Shown: positions 1 through 13,293 of the stretch, piece by piece
How positions within the stretch are numbered: position 1 is the first letter of the stretch
Layout: every line of letters begins with the position of its first letter
NCBI GenBank assembly: GCA_964016885.1
Contig: OZ024762.1
Coordinates: 25,792,001-25,856,000 of the forward strand
Direction of reading: 5' to 3'
Source of the DNA: Eledone cirrhosa
Lineage: Eukaryota
DNA length: 64,000 bases
Program-made: the position numbers and the translations under genes
The notes under the pieces: model-generated
Seen by the model: the letters and a program-made list of their open reading frames with translations, nothing else
Databases searched by the model: none
Told to the model about the DNA's origin: nothing

Positions 1-3000
1 TGGTGGTGGTGGTGTTAGTGACTGTGATGGGGTGGTGGTAGTGTTAGTGGCTGTGATGTGGTGGTGGTGGTGTTAGTGACTGTGATGTGGTGGTGGTAGT
101 GTTAGTGACTGTGATGTGGTGGTGGTGTTAGTGGCTGTGATGTGGTGGTGGTGTTAGTGACTGTGATGTGGTGGTGGTGGTGTTAGTGACTGTGATGGGG
201 TGGTGGTAGTGTTAGTGGCTGTGATGGGGTGGTGGTAGTGTTAGTGACTGTGATGTGGTGGTGGTAGTGTTAGTGGCTGTGATGTGGTGGTGGTAGTGTT
301 AGTGGCTGTGATGGGGTGGTGGTAGTGTTAGTGGCTGTGATGGGGTGGTGGTAGTGTTAGTGGCTGTGATGTGGTGGTGGTGGTGTTAGTGGCTGTGATG
401 TGGTGGTGGTAGTGTTAGTGGCTGTGATGTGGTGGTGGTGGTGTTAGTGGCTGTGATGTGGTGGTGGTGGTGTTAGTGGCTGTGATGTGCTGGTGGTAGT
501 GTTAGTGGCTGTGATGTGGTGGTGGTGGTGTTAGTGGCTGTGATGTGGTGGTGGTGGTGGTGTTAGTGGCTGTGATGTGGTGGTAGTGTTAGTGGCTGTG
601 ATGTGGTGGTGGTGGTGTTCATGGCTGTGATGTGGTGGTGGTGGTGTTAGTGGCTGTGATGTGGTGGTGGTAGTGTTAGTGGCTGTGATGTGGTGGTGGT
701 AGTGTTAGTGGCTGTGATGTGGTGGTGGTGGTGGTGGTGTTAGTGGCTGTGATGTGGTGGTGGTAGTGTTAGTGGCTGTGATGTGGTGGTGGTAGTGTTA
801 GTGGATGTGATGTGGTGGTGGTGGTGTTAGTGACTGTGATGGGGTGGTGGTAGTGTTAGTGGCTGTGATGTGGTGGTGGTAGTGTTAGTGGCTGTGATGT
901 GGTGGTGGTAGTGTTAGTGGCTGTGATGTGGTGGTGGTAGTGTTAGTGGCTGTGATGTGGTGGTGGTGGTGTTAGTGACTGTGATGGGGTGGTGGTAGTG
1001 TTAGTGGCTGTGATGTGGTGGTAGTGTTAGTGGCTGTGATGTGGTGGTGGTAGTGTTAGTGGCTGTGATGTGGTGGTGGTAGTGTTAGTGGCTGTGATGT
1101 GGTGGTGGTAGTGTTAGTGGCTGTGATGTGGTGGTGGTGGTGTTAGTGACTGTGATGGGGTGGTGGTAGTGTTAGTGGCTGTGATGTGGTGGTAGTGTTA
1201 GTGGCTGTGATGTGGTGGTGGTGGTGTTAGTGACTGTGATGGGGTGGTGGTAGTGTTAGTGGCTGTGATGTGGTGGTGGTGGTGTTAGTGACTGTGATGT
1301 GGTGGTGGTGTTAGTGACTGTGATGTGGTGGTGGTAGTGTTAGTGACTGTGATGTGGTGGTGGTGTTAGTGGCTGTGATGTGGTGGTGGTGTTAGTGACT
1401 GTGATGTGGTGGTGGTGGTGTTAGTGACTGTGATGGGGTGGTGGTAGTGTTAGTGGCTGTGATGTGGTGGTGGTGGTGTTAGTGGCTGTGATGTGGTGGT
1501 GGTGTTAGTGACTGTGATGGGGTGGTGGTAGTGTTAGTGGCTGTGATGTGGTGGTGGTGGTGTTAGTGACTGTGATGGGGTGGTGGTAGTGTTAGTGGCT
1601 GTGATGTGGTGGTGGTGGTGTTAGTGGCTGTGATGTGGTGGTGGTGGTGTTAGTGACTGTGATGTGGTGGTGGTAGTGTTAGTGGCTGTGATGTGGTGGT
1701 GGTAGTGTTAGTGGCTGTGATGTGGTGGTGGTAGTGTTAGTGACTGTGATGGGGTGGTGGTAGTGTTAGTGGCTGTGATGTGGTGGTGGTAGTGTTAGTG
1801 GCTGTGATGTGGTGGTGGTGGTGTTAGTGACTGTGATGTGGTGGTGGTAGTGTTAGTGGCTGTGATGTGGTGGTGGTAGTGTTAGTGACTGTGATGGGGT
1901 GGTGGTAGTGTTAGTGGCTGTGATGTGGTGGTGGTAGTGTTAGTGGCTGTGATGTGGTGGTGGTGGTGTTAGTGACTGTGATGTGGTGGTGGTGGTGTTA
2001 GTGGCTGTGATGTGGTGGTGGTGGTGTTAGTGGCTGTGATGTGGTGGTGGTAGTATTAGTGGCTGTGATGTGGTGGTGGTGGTGTTAGTGACTGTGATGG
2101 GGTGGTGGTAGTGTTAGTGACTGTGATGGGGTGGTGGTAGTGTTAGTGGCTGTGATGTGGTGGTGGTAGTATTAGTGGCTGTGATGTGGTGGTGGTGGTG
2201 TTAGTGACTGTGATGGGGTGGTGGTAGTGTTAGTGACTGATGTGGTGGTGGTAGTGTTAGTGGCTGTGATGTGGTGGTGGTGGTGTTAGTGACTGTGATG
2301 GGGTGGTGGTAGTGTTAGTGACTGATGTGGTGGTGGTAGTGTTAGTGGCTGTGATGTGGTGGTGGTAGTGTTAGTGACTGTGATGTGGTGGTGGTGGTGT
2401 TAGTGACTGATGTGGTGGTGGTAGTGTTAGTGGCTGTGATGTGGTGGTGGTGGTGTTAGTGACTGTGATGTGGTGGTGGTGGTGTTAGTGACTGATGTGG
2501 TGGTGGTAGTGTTAGTGACTGTGATGTGGTGGTGGTGTTAGTGGCTGTGATGTGGTGGTGGTAGTGTTAGTGGCTGTGATGTGGTGGTGGTGGTGTTAGT
2601 GACTGTGATGTGGTGGTGGTGGTGTTAGTGGCTGTGATGTGGTGGTGGTGGTGTTAGTGGCTGTGATGTGGTGGTGGTAGTATTAGTGGCTGTGATGTGG
2701 TGGTGGTGGTGTTAGTGACTGTGATGGGGTGGTGGTAGTGTTAGTGACTGTGATGGGGTGGTGGTAGTGTTAGTGGCTGTGATGTGGTGGTGGTAGTATT
2801 AGTGGCTGTGATGGGGTGGTGGTAGTGTTAGTGGCTGTGATGTGGTGGTGGTAGTGTTAGTGACTGTGATGGGGTGGTGGTAGTGTTAGTGGCTGTGATG
2901 TGGTGGTGGTAGTGTTAGTGGCTGTGATGTGGTGGTGGTGGTGTTAGTGACTGTGATGTGGTGGTGGTGGTGTTAGTGACTGATGTGGTGGTGGTAGTGT

Positions 3001-6000
3001 TAGTGACTGTGATGTGGTGGTGGTGTTAGTGGCTGTGATGTGGTGGTGGTGGTGTTAGTGGCTGTGATGTGGTGGTGGTGGTGTTAGTGACTGTGATGTG
3101 GTGGTGGTAGTGTTAGTGACTGTGATGGGGTGGTGGTAGTGTTAGTGGCTGTGATGTGGTGGTGGTAGTGTTAGTGGCTGTGATGTGGTGGTGGTGGTGT
3201 TAGTGGCTGTGATGTGGTGGTGGTGGTGTTAGTGACTGTGATGTGGTGGTGGTAGTGTTAGTGGCTGTGATGTGGTGGTGGTGGTGTTAGTGGCTGTGAT
3301 GTGGTGGTGGTAGTGTTAGTGGCTGTGATGTGGTGGTGGTAGTGTTAGTGGCTGTGATGTGGTGGTGGTGGTGTTAGTGACTGTGATGTGGTGGTGGTGG
3401 TGTTAGTGGCTGTGATGTGGTGGTGGTGGTGTTAGTGGCTGTGATGTGGTGGTGGTAGTATTAGTGGCTGTGATGTGGTGGTGGTGGTGTTAGTGACTGT
3501 GATGGGGTGGTGGTAGTGTTAGTGACTGTGATGGGGTGGTGGTAGTGTTAGTGGCTGTGATGTGGTGGTGGTAGTATTAGTGGCTGTGATGTGGTGGTGG
3601 TGGTGTTAGTGACTGTGATGGGGTGGTGGTAGTGTTAGTGACTGATGTGGTGGTGGTAGTGTTAGTGGCTGTGATGTGGTGGTGGTGGTGTTAGTGACTG
3701 TGATGGGGTGGTGGTAGTGTTAGTGACTGATGTGGTGGTGGTAGTGTTAGTGGCTGTGATGTGGTGGTGGTAGTGTTAGTGACTGTGATGTGGTGGTGGT
3801 GGTGTTAGTGACTGATGTGGTGGTGGTAGTGTTAGTGGCTGTGATGTGGTGGTGGTGGTGTTAGTGACTGTGATGTGGTGGTGGTGGTGTTAGTGACTGA
3901 TGTGGTGGTGGTAGTGTTAGTGACTGTGATGTGGTGGTGGTGTTAGTGGCTGTGATGTGGTGGTGGTAGTGTTAGTGGCTGTGATGTGGTGGTGGTGGTG
4001 TTAGTGACTGATGTGGTGGTGGTAGTGTTAGTGACTGTGATGTGGTGGTGGTGTTAGTGGCTGTGATGTGGTGGTGGTAGTGTTAGTGGCTGTGATGTGG
4101 TGGTGGTGGTGTTAGTGACTGTGATGTGGTGGTGGTGGTGTTAGTGACTGATGTGGTGGTGGTAGTGTTAGTGACTGTGATGTGGTGGTGGTGTTAGTGG
4201 CTGTGATGTGGTGGTGGTAGTGTTAGTGGCTGTGATGTGGTGGTGGTAGTGTTAGTGACTGTGATGGGGTGGTGGTAGTGTTAGTGACTGATGTGGTGGT
4301 GGTAGTGTTAGTGGCTGTGATGTGGTGGTGGTGGTGTTAGTGACTGTGATGTGGTGGTGGTGGTGTTAGTGACTGATGTGGTGGTGGTAGTGTTAGTGAC
4401 TGTGATGTGGTGGTGGTGTTAGTGGCTGTGATGTGGTGGTGGTGGTGTTAGTGACTGTGATGTGGTGGTGGTAGTGTTAGTGGCTGTGATGTGGTGGTGG
4501 TAGTGTTAGTGACTGTGATGTGGTGGTGGTAGTGTTAGTGACTGTGATGTGGTGGTGGTAGTGTTAGTGGCTGTGATGTGGTGGTGGTAGTGTTAGTGAC
4601 TGTGATGGGGTGGTGGTAGTGTTAGTGACTGTGATGTGGTGGTGGTAGTGTTAGTGACTGATGTGGTGGTGGTAGTGTTAGTGACTGTGATGTGGTGGTG
4701 GTAGTGTTAGTGACTGATGTGGTGGTGGTAGTGTTAGTGACTGTGATGGGGTGGTGGTAGTGTTAGTGGCTGTGATGTGGTGGTGGTAGTATTAGTGGCT
4801 GTGATGTGGTGGTGGTGGTGTTAGTGACTGTGATGTGGTGGTGGTAGTGTTAGTGGCTGTGATGTGGTGGTGGTAGTATTAGTGGCTGTGATGTGGTGGT
4901 GGTGGTGTTAGTGACTGTGATGTGGTGGTGGTAGTGTTAGTGACTGATGTGGTGGTGGTAGTGTTAGTGACTGTGATGTGGTGGTGGTAGTGTTAGTGAC
5001 TGATGTGGTGGTGGTAGTGTTAGTGACTGTGATGGGGTGGTGGTAGTGTTAGTGACTGATGTGGTGGTGGTAGTGTTAGTGGCTGTGATGTGGTGGTGGT
5101 AGTGTTAGTGACTGTGATGTGGTGGTGGTGGTGTTAGTGACTGATGTGGTGGTGGTAGTGTTAGTGGCTGTGATGTGGTGGTGGTGGTGTTAGTGGCTGT
5201 GATGTGGTGGTAGTGTTAGTGGCTGTGATGTGGTGGGGGTGGTGGTGTTAGTGGCTGTGATGTGGTGGTGGTGGTGTTAGTGGCTGTGATGTGGTGGTGG
5301 TGGTGTTAGTGGCTGTGATGTGGTGGTGGTGGTGTTAGTGACTGATGTGGTGGTGGTAGTGTTAGTGGCTGTGATGTGGTGGTGGTGGTGTTAGTGACTG
5401 TGATGTGGTGGTGGTGGTGTTAGTGGCTGTGATGTGGTGGTGGTGGTGTTAGTGGCTGTGATGTGGTGGTGGTGGTGTTAGTGGCTGTGATGTGGTGGTG
5501 GTGGTGTTAGTGGCTGTGATGTGGTGGTGGTGGTGGTGGTAGTGGCTGTGATGTGGTGGTGGTGGTGTTAGTGGCTGTGATGTGGTGGTGGTAGTGGTGT
5601 TAGTGGCTGTGATGGGGTGGTGGTGGTGGTGTTAGTGGCTGTGATGTGGTGGTGGTGCTGTTAGTGGCTGTGATGTGGTGGTGGTAGTGTTAGTGGCTGT
5701 GATGTGGTGGTGGTGGTGTTAGTGACTGTGATGGGGTGGTGGTGGTGTTAGTGACTGTGATGTGGTGGTGGTGGTGTTAGTGGCTGTGATGTGGTGGTGG
5801 TGGTGTTAGTGGCTGTGATGGGGTGGTGGTGGTGTTAGTGGCTGTGATGTGGTGGTGGTGGTGTTAGTGGCTGTGATGTGGTGGTGGTAGTGTTAGTGGC
5901 TGTGATGTGGTGGTGGTAGTGTTAGTGGCTGTGATGTGGTGGTGGTGGTGTTAGTGACTGTGATGGGGTGGTGTTGGTGTTAGTGGCTGTGTTGTGGTGG

Positions 6001-8260
6001 TGGTGGTGGTAGTGGCTGTGATGTGGTGGTGGTGGTGTTAGTGGCTGTGATGTGGTGGTGGTGGTGTTAGTGGCTGTGATGTGGTGGTGGTGGTGTTAGT
6101 GACTGTGATGTGGTGGTGGTGGTGTTAGTGGCTGTGATGTGGTGGTGGTAGTGTTAGTGGCTGTGATGAGGTGGTAGTGTTAGTGACTGTGATGGGGTGG
6201 TGTTGGTGTTAGTGGCTGTGTTGTGGTGGTGGTGGTGGTAGTGGCTGTGATGTGGTGGTGGTGGTGTTAGTGGCTGTGATGTGGTGGTGGTAGTGTTAGT
6301 GGCTGTGATGTGGTGGTGGTAGTGTTAGTGGCTGTGATGTGGTGGTGGTAGTGTTAGTGGCTGTGTTGTGGTGGTGGTGGTGTTAGTGGCTGTGATGTGG
6401 TGGTGGTAGTGTTAGTGGCTGTGATGTGGTGGTGGTAGTGTTAGTGGCTGTGATGTGGTGGTGGTGGTGTTAGTGGCTGTGATGTGGTGGTGTTAGTGGC
6501 TGTGATGTGGTGGTGGTGGTGTTAGTGGCTGTGATGTGGTGGTGGTGCTGTTAGTGGCTGTGATGTGGTGGTGGTGGTAGTGTTAGTGGCTGTGATGTGG
6601 TGGTGGTGGTGTTAGTGGCTGTGATGTGGTGGTGGTAGTGTTAGTGGCTGTGATGTGGTGGTGGTGGTGTTAGTGGCTGTGATGTGGTGGTGGTAATGTT
6701 AGTGACTGCGATGGGGTGGTGTTGGTGTTAGTGGCTGTGTTGTGGTGGTGGTAGTGTTAGTGGCTGTGATGTGGTGGTGGTGCTGTTAGTGGCTGTGATG
6801 TGGTGGTGGTGGTAGTGTTAGTGGCTGTGATGTGGTGGTGGTGGTGTTAGTGGCTGTGATGTGGTGGTGGTGGTGTTAGTGGCTGTGATGTGGTGGTGTT
6901 AGTGGCTGTGTTGTGGTGGTGGTAGTGTTAGTGGCTGTGATGTGGTGGTGTTAGTGGCTGTGATGTGGTGGTGTTAGTGGCTGTGTTGTGGTGGTGGTGG
7001 TGGTAGTGGCTGTGATGTGGTGGTGGTGGTGGTGGTAGTGGCTGTGATGTGGTGGTGGTGGTAGTGTTAGTGGCTGTGATGTGGTGGTGGTAGTGTTAGT
7101 GGCTGTGATGTGGTGGTGGTGGTGGTAGTGGCTGTGATGTGGTGGTGGTAGTGTTAGTGGCTGTGATGTGGTGGTGGTGGTGTTAGTGGCTGTGATGTGG
7201 TGGTGGTGGTGTTAGTGGCTGTGATGTGGTGGTGGTGGTGTTAGTGGCTGTGATGTGGTGGTAGTGTTAGTGGTTGTGATGTGGTGGTGGTGGTGTTAGT
7301 GGTTGTGATGTGGTGGTGGTGGTGTTAGTGGCTGTGATGTGGTGGTGGTGGTGGTAGTGGCTGTGATGTGGTGGTGGTAGTGTTAGTGGCTGTGATGTGG
7401 TGGTGGTGGTGTTAGTGGCTGTGATGTGGTGGTGGTGGTGTTAGTGGCTGTGATGTGGTGGTGGTGGTGTTAGTGGCTGTGATGTGGTGGTAGTGTTAGT
7501 GGTTGTGATGTGGTGGTGGTGGTGTTAGTGGTTGTGATGTGGTGGTGGTGGTGTTAGTGGCTGTGATGTGGTGGTGGTGGTGGTAGTGGCTGTGATGTGG
7601 TGGTGGTGGTGTTAGTGGCTGTGATGTGGTGGTGGTGGTGTTAGTGGCTGTGATGTGGTGGTAGTGTTAGTGGTTGTGATGTGGTGGTGGTGGTGTTAGT
7701 GGTTGTGATGTGGTGGTGGTGGTGTTAGTGGCTGTGATGTGGTGGTAGTGTTAGTGGTTGTGATGTGGTGGTGGTGGTGTTAGTGGTTGTGATGTGGTGG
7801 TGGTGGTGTTAGTGGCTGTGATGTGGTGGTGGTGGTGGTAGTGGCTGTGATGTGGTGGTGGTAGTGTTAGTGGCTGTGATGTGGTGGTGGTGGTGTTAGT
7901 GGCTGTGATGTGGTGGTGGTGGTGTTAGTGGCTGTGATGTGGTGGTGGTGGTGTTAGTGGCTGTGATGTGGTGGTAGTGTTAGTGGTTGTGATGTGGTGG
8001 TGGTGGTGTTAGTGGTTGTGATGTGGTGGTGGTGGTGTTAGTGGCTGTGATGTGGTGGTGGTGGTGGTAGTGGCTGTGATGTGGTGGTGGTGGTGTTAGT
8101 GGCTGTGATGTGGTGGTGGTGGTGTTAGTGGTTGTGATGTGGTGGTGGTGGTGTTAGTGGTTGTGATGTGGTGGTGGTGTTAGTGGCTGTGATGTGGTGG
8201 TGTTAGTGCCTGTGATGTGGCGGCGGTGGTGGTGGTAGTATTAGTGGGTGTGATGTGGTG
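1..8260. repeat. G/T-rich minisatellite, ~29-bp unit TGTTAGTG(G/A)CTGTGATG(T/G)GGTGGTGGT(A/G)G
   Basis: Hundreds of head-to-tail copies with 26/27/32-bp variants (gain or loss of GGT or TG); runs off the window start and degenerates after ~8200. Confidence 0.97.
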
Positions 8261-8810
8261 GAGGTGGTCGTGGTGAGGGTTTGGTGTTGGTGGTGTGGTG
8301 ATGGATTGAGGCGGCGTGCTTGGAATGGGGCGACAAAACCGTGCGAGTGAAAAAGCCGTAGAGCAACGGAACGAGAGAGTGACTGGTTGAGGAGGGGATG
8401 GAGGCCAGGTGGTAGGGGGAGTGAGAGAGAAAGAGAGAGAGGGGAGCGAGAGCGACGGAGCACGGGAGAGACAGAACTAGCATGTCACTGAGTGAGATGG
8501 AGAGCGAGCGCTGGAGAGTGAGTGAGGGAGAGAAAGAGTGAAGGAGTGAGGGTGAGTGACAGAGAAAGGGGGAGTGAGGGAGAGATGAAATCAAGAAGTG
8601 ACAGCGTGGAGGAGAGCGCCGGGAAGAGAGAGAGAGTGTGAGGGAGAGAGCACCCGAGAGGGAGTGTGACGGGGAGTGGGAGAGCGAGGGGGAGAAAGAT
8701 TGAGGGAGGGCGAGTGAAAAAGAGGGGTTGAGGGAGAGATAGAACCAGGAAGTATCTGAGTGTGGTGGAGAGTGACGGTGAGGGAGAGAGCACCCGAGAG
8801 AGAAACTGTG
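8261..8810. repeat. GA-rich low-complexity transition zone
   Basis: Purine-rich; GAGGGAGAGAGCACCCGAGAG duplicated at ~8640 and ~8780; ORFs here are compositional. Confidence 0.7.
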
Positions 8811-9023
8811 TGTGTGACGTTAATACAACTATATAAGGCAAAGAGATATATATCCAAAGCTCGAATATGGTTTCACTATCCACAAGTAAGATTGGCAGAA
8901 GACAGTTCAGAGTTTAATGCAATTTATAAATTTCCAGTCACAGTAGTTTTACAATACCACAGAGTATATATAAAAATAGATAAATAACCAAGGTTTAATA
9001 CATTATTCAATAAATATATGTAG

Positions 9024-9076
<53 letters not shown>

Positions 9077-9079
<3 letters not shown>

Positions 9080-9272
9080 GTCCGGTAAATCAAAGATGTG
9101 GGTTCGTGTCGCATGTACCTCAATACTCATCTTTTTTTCCATTTAGAGGGTTTTTTTTAGAATCCCAACTATCAGACTAATTCTATTTAATCAAATACGG
9201 CGTAAGCACATGGTACTACCTAATTTTCAAATTCGCTAGTCGTTTCTAAACAAAGGCAGCTTTGTGTCTCCC
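9077..9272 (+). mobile_element. Short element in (TA)n, homologous to 62269-62408
   Basis: CAATACTCATCTTTTTTCCATTT...ACTATCAG...AATACGG...CTAATTTTCAAA shared with 62269-62395; (TA)n on both sides. Confidence 0.6.
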
Positions 9273-9607
9273 TATATATATATATATATATAGTTCGGAA
9301 TAACGAAACAAAAAACAAACAAACGAGTAAATCTTACAAATATTGTTAGTTTCACGCTTGGTGCGATGGGGGTGGCTTCGACGTTTCGGGTATAAGCCCT
9401 TCTATATACACGCGTTGGTTACCTGTACAGGCAATATTTATTAGAATGCACAGCAGTTCCCAAAATAAAATGATCTACAGACATAATTCAATTGTATGTA
9501 AATAACCAAAAATGTTTACATAATTCATATAATACATATAAAACAATTTATTTTTATGGATATTTTAAAGATTATTTTGTGTATACATGTTTGGTGGGGG
9601 GGACACC

Positions 9608-9645
<38 letters not shown>

Positions 9646-9684
9646 GATATTAATAAATGGAAACTATATTTATAAAACCATATT

Positions 9685-9749
9685 TATTTCATTATACATA
9701 TTTCAGGAATACCAAATTAAATGATGGTATGCCTTCATCAGACAAAATA
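9685..9749 (-). ncRNA. Type I hammerhead ribozyme motif (inverted copy)
   Basis: Reverse complement of the 9857-9921 motif with intact CTGATGA and GAAA. Confidence 0.7.
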
Positions 9750-9856
9750 CAATATATAACAGTTTTACAAATAAGCTTTGACGTACCCTATTAAAATGCA
9801 ACCATTGTTTTTGGAAGTCATCCGGATAGTCTTATTTGTAAAACTGTTATATATTG

Positions 9857-9921
9857 TATTTTGTCTGATGAAGGCATACCATAATTTAATTTGGTATTCC
9901 TGAAATATGTATAATGAAATA
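9857..9921 (+). ncRNA. Type I hammerhead ribozyme motif
   Basis: Stem I TATTTTGT/ATGAAATA; CTGATGA 9865-9871; stem II AGGcATACCA/TGGTATtCCT; GAAA 9902-9905; self-complementary ATATGTAT; AUA cleavage after ~9913. Confidence 0.75.
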
Positions 9922-10375
9922 AATATGGTTTTATAAATATAGTTTCCATTTATTAATATCGTATATCTACTCCAAATACTTGTCGAGTGCTTTATATCAG
10001 TTATAAAAATATTTACTTGTTGTATCCCAACAATTTTAAATAGAACTTTTGCATATATATATGTATATGTATACACACACACACACACACACACAGGCAG
10101 GCAGTTTAAGCTACACTAAAGCTAATGTGCACTTTATATGGACGGCTTTTTAAAGTATGTCTGGTCTAAAACGGCACATATGATTTCATGCCAAAATTGA
10201 TATCATATACATTGCAGTGGTCAAACTTTGTATTGAACAGACAACCAATATATATATATATATAAGGAATTTATATCTAGTAACATTTATATACACACAG
10301 ATGCATATCAATGCTAGCAAATATATAGGTTTTGTCTTATTAACAATGTGGTTCAATGCATGGGGTTGCAGAACA

Positions 10376-10433
10376 ATATGAGAGACGTAAAATAAGAAAA
10401 TTATATAATTTTCTTATTTTACGTCTCTCATAT
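10376..10433. repeat. Perfect ~58-bp palindrome
   Basis: ATATGAGAGACGTAAAATAAGAAAATTAT|ATAATTTTCTTATTTTACGTCTCTCATAT, centred on TATATA, next to (TA)n. Confidence 0.9.
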
Positions 10434-10536
10434 ATATATATATATATATATATTTCTCTCATATATATATATATATATATTTCGGGATGGCTATGTTGCC
10501 AATACATTATCTAGCAGAACAAATACATAAACATAA

Positions 10537-10570
<34 letters not shown>

Positions 10571-10571
10571 T

Positions 10572-10739
10572 CCGTATTTCCCGGCGCCGAAGACGCTTCG
10601 TCCTCGAGTACGCAACCTAATTGTGACAACCAAAAATTTGAAAATAAATAATAAACAACCTTCGGCCTCTAGGACACATGGTAGATTTTTTAGACTTATT
10701 TTAGGAAAAAAGTAGCGTCTTCGACGCCGGGAAATACGG
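10572..10739. mobile_element. MITE, Tc1/mariner-pogo type TIRs
   Basis: 25-bp TIRs CCGTATTTCCCGGCGcCGAAGACGC / GCGTCTTCGaCGCCGGGAAATACGG; TA at right end. Confidence 0.8.
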
Positions 10740-10754
10740 TACATAGAAAGTACG

Positions 10755-11370
10755 TAGATTTAAGCACTGTAAAGGAAGTAAACTATGTACCGAAAATTGG
10801 TGGAGAACAAAACAAATTCGGTAAGAGGTGTAGAGACAAATGTACATCAATTTAAGCACTGTGGAGAGGGTAGGTTATGCGCTGAAAATTGGTAGAGAGC
10901 AGAGAAACAAATTGGTTAGAGGGTGTTGTGAAAGGGGGTCGTAAATTTAAGCACTAAGTTATGCAATGGAAATTATTAGAGAACAAAGAAACAAACTAGG
11001 CAAGGGTTACGGCGAAAAATGCTTGTAGTTATGCACTAAAAATTATTAGGGAGAGCAAAAACCAAGTTGAGTAAGTTCTGTAGAGAAAAGGGCTCGTAAA
11101 TTTAAGTATTTTGAAGGGGTTAAGTTATGCGCTGAAAATTGGTTCAGAGAAAAGAAAGCGGGTGGGTTACGGTGTAGAGAAAGGATACATAAATTTAAAC
11201 ATTGTGGAAGAGATAAGTTATGCACGGAAAATTATTTGAGAACAGCAACAAAGGATCGTATATTTAAGTATATTAAGGTAAATTATGCAATAGAAATTGG
11301 CTGAGAAAAAGGCTGTAGAATTTAAGCACTGTGGGGGAAGTAAGTTATGCAAAGGAAATTGTTAGAGAGG
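10755..11370. repeat. Degenerate tandem repeat (~60-100 bp units)
   Basis: Recurrent ATTTAAGCACTGTG...AAGTTATGC...GAAAATTG/ATT motif, ~7 copies. Confidence 0.7.
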
Positions 11371-11807
11371 AAGCAAGACGGTGCGGCTCACTCTGAGCAT
11401 TCTAATTCTTTCACTGTGAACGTACCGGCCAGCTCGAACACTTGGTAGAGAAATTGTTATATAAAAACAAGTCGTTACGCAAAATAATTGTTTTCTTGTT
11501 CATTGAGGGGTTAGATTCATTTAATGATATTGTCCATAATGCCATAAACATATAATATACAATCTTGTACTTACATAAAATCCCATGAAAAGTAAATAAA
11601 TCCGTAAGCATTTTCTGTTTAAATTCCAAACACGTGTTGATACTAAAAAGAAACCGCTATTAACTAATTACTTACGTCAGCATATTGTCGGCGGTGTTGA
11701 CGTTCAAAACTATCCCGTCAAGAAGACGTCCGTAGTGACGTCACGTGTCAGCGCGCCCGCGACCCGGTCATTATTTTTATCAACTTGTATGGAGGTTGGG
11801 ATTTAGA

Positions 11808-12018
11808 CAAAGTTTGCCAAAAGTCACTTCTAACCTATTTTTATTAATAAAAAGTTTACAAATTAACTCAAAACTAATTTTTTTTGCAGGGTCTATTGTT
11901 CCATCATTGGATCTTGTTTTTATTCAACTTTAATCTGAAAGAAAAAATTATATAATATTTTAATAATAAAAAAATTATAAATTGTTTTCTAATAGGAAGT
12001 GACTTTTGGCCAACCCTG
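11808..12018. mobile_element. Degraded Tc1/mariner-type MITE
   Basis: GCCAAAAGTCACTTC / GAAGTGACTTTTGGCCAACCCTG-TA inverted termini; left end eroded. Confidence 0.55.
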
Positions 12019-12085
12019 TATATATGGTCGCATATCTACAAAGCCAAGGGTCGGCTTGCGCAACTATATGTCCCAATTGCAAACG

Positions 12086-12720
12086 TCTTCTTCTTCTTCG
12101 CCCACTTATTCCTGAGATGGTGGATGAGTCCTTAAACACACCTTCCAGCGGGTCCTGTCAGAAGCGACCGTCTCCAACTGATCTGAATGGATCTCCAAAC
12201 GAGACAAGGCAAACTCATGGATTATGTTATCCAACCATCTTGTTCGGGGTCTACCCCTGGGTCTCCTACCTGCCGGTTTTTCCCGTAATATCTGTCCAGC
12301 AATTCTTTCTCGAGACATTCTAACCACATGTCCAAAGTATCACAGCTGTGATCTCTCAATTCGGAGAAGTAGCATCTCTACCCTGAGTGACTCTCTGATC
12401 TCTGAGCTACAAATCTGTCCAACGTTTCTTTCCTGAGACATTCTAACCACATGTCCACAGTATCACAACTGTGATCTCTCAATTCGGTGAAGTAGCTCTA
12501 CTTGGAATGATTCTCTGATCTCTGAGCTACACATTGTATGGAGTAACGTTACTCCAAAGACCCTTCAGAGGAATCCTATTTCGGCCACTTATATACGTGA
12601 GCATATTCTTTCGCTCATTGCCCAACATTCATGACCATAGTAAGGGTTGGCACGAAAACCGAATTGAAGACAGCGAGTTTGGCTTTTACGCCTACCCCTC
12701 TCTTCTCATTACTGAATGCT
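12086..12720 (-). mobile_element. RTE-clade LINE 3' fragment
   Basis: ORF 12106-12327 GRRPRGRPRTRWLDNI typical of RTE C-terminus; (GAA)n tail; internal ~120-bp tandem duplication 12305-12530. Confidence 0.8.
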
Positions 12721-12939
12721 GAAACTAATTGTAAGCCCAAATATAAAATATTTAAACTGCAATAAGGTGCTAATGAGCGTGTGTGAAAGACTGTGTAAAC
12801 ATCTAAATTATAATTAAGCTAATACTGTAAGGTTATTCACCTATTACTAATGTAAACAAAACTGTTTATCAAGGGTTTAAGTCTGTTATTAACTGAAAAA
12901 ATATATGAGGAGGCCCTAGAAACGATATAAGAGGGAAGG

Positions 12940-13130
12940 CTTCTTCTTCTTCTTCTTCTTCTTCTTCTTCTTCTTCTTCTTCTTCTTCTTCTTCTTCGTC
13001 TTCTTCGCCCACTTAATCCTGGGAGGGTCGTGGTGGCAGATCCTCGAACACTCCCTCCAGCAGGTCCAATCGAAGCAACCGTCTCCAACTGATCCGGGTG
13101 ACTCCCCAAGCGAGACCATCCAAGCTCATG
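12940..13130 (-). mobile_element. Second RTE-clade 3' end with long (GAA)n tail
   Basis: CTTCTTCGCCCACTT...CCGTCTCCAACTGATC shared with 12094-12183. Confidence 0.75.
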
Positions 13131-13293
13131 TGGGGGAATACTAAATAACTTATTAACAGTATATTAAGATGGCGGCATATTTACTAAAGTAGTAATTACT
13201 TACAATAGTTTCTTCATTTTTCGGCTTGTCCCGTCTGATACAGTCGTAGGGGCGCCGTATTTACATACAGCGTTTGACGTGCATTTTAAACAT

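Larger units (their letters stand above)
9645..10053 (+). mobile_element. Fold-back HHR-bearing PLE-like mini-element (family A)
   Basis: Inverted arms 9645-9775 / 9831-9966 plus tail to 10053; flanked by (TA)n; close copy at 62431-62880. Confidence 0.8.

Noticed and set aside
1-8260. Telomere (TTAGTG resembles TTAGGG)
   Set aside because: The unit is 29 bp, not a hexamer, and the G-rich strand runs into unique sequence rather than toward an end.
9380-9402. HHR remnant GAAGGGcttataCCCGAAACGTC (minus strand)
   Set aside because: CTGA half of the core and stem I are missing; at best a truncated relic.
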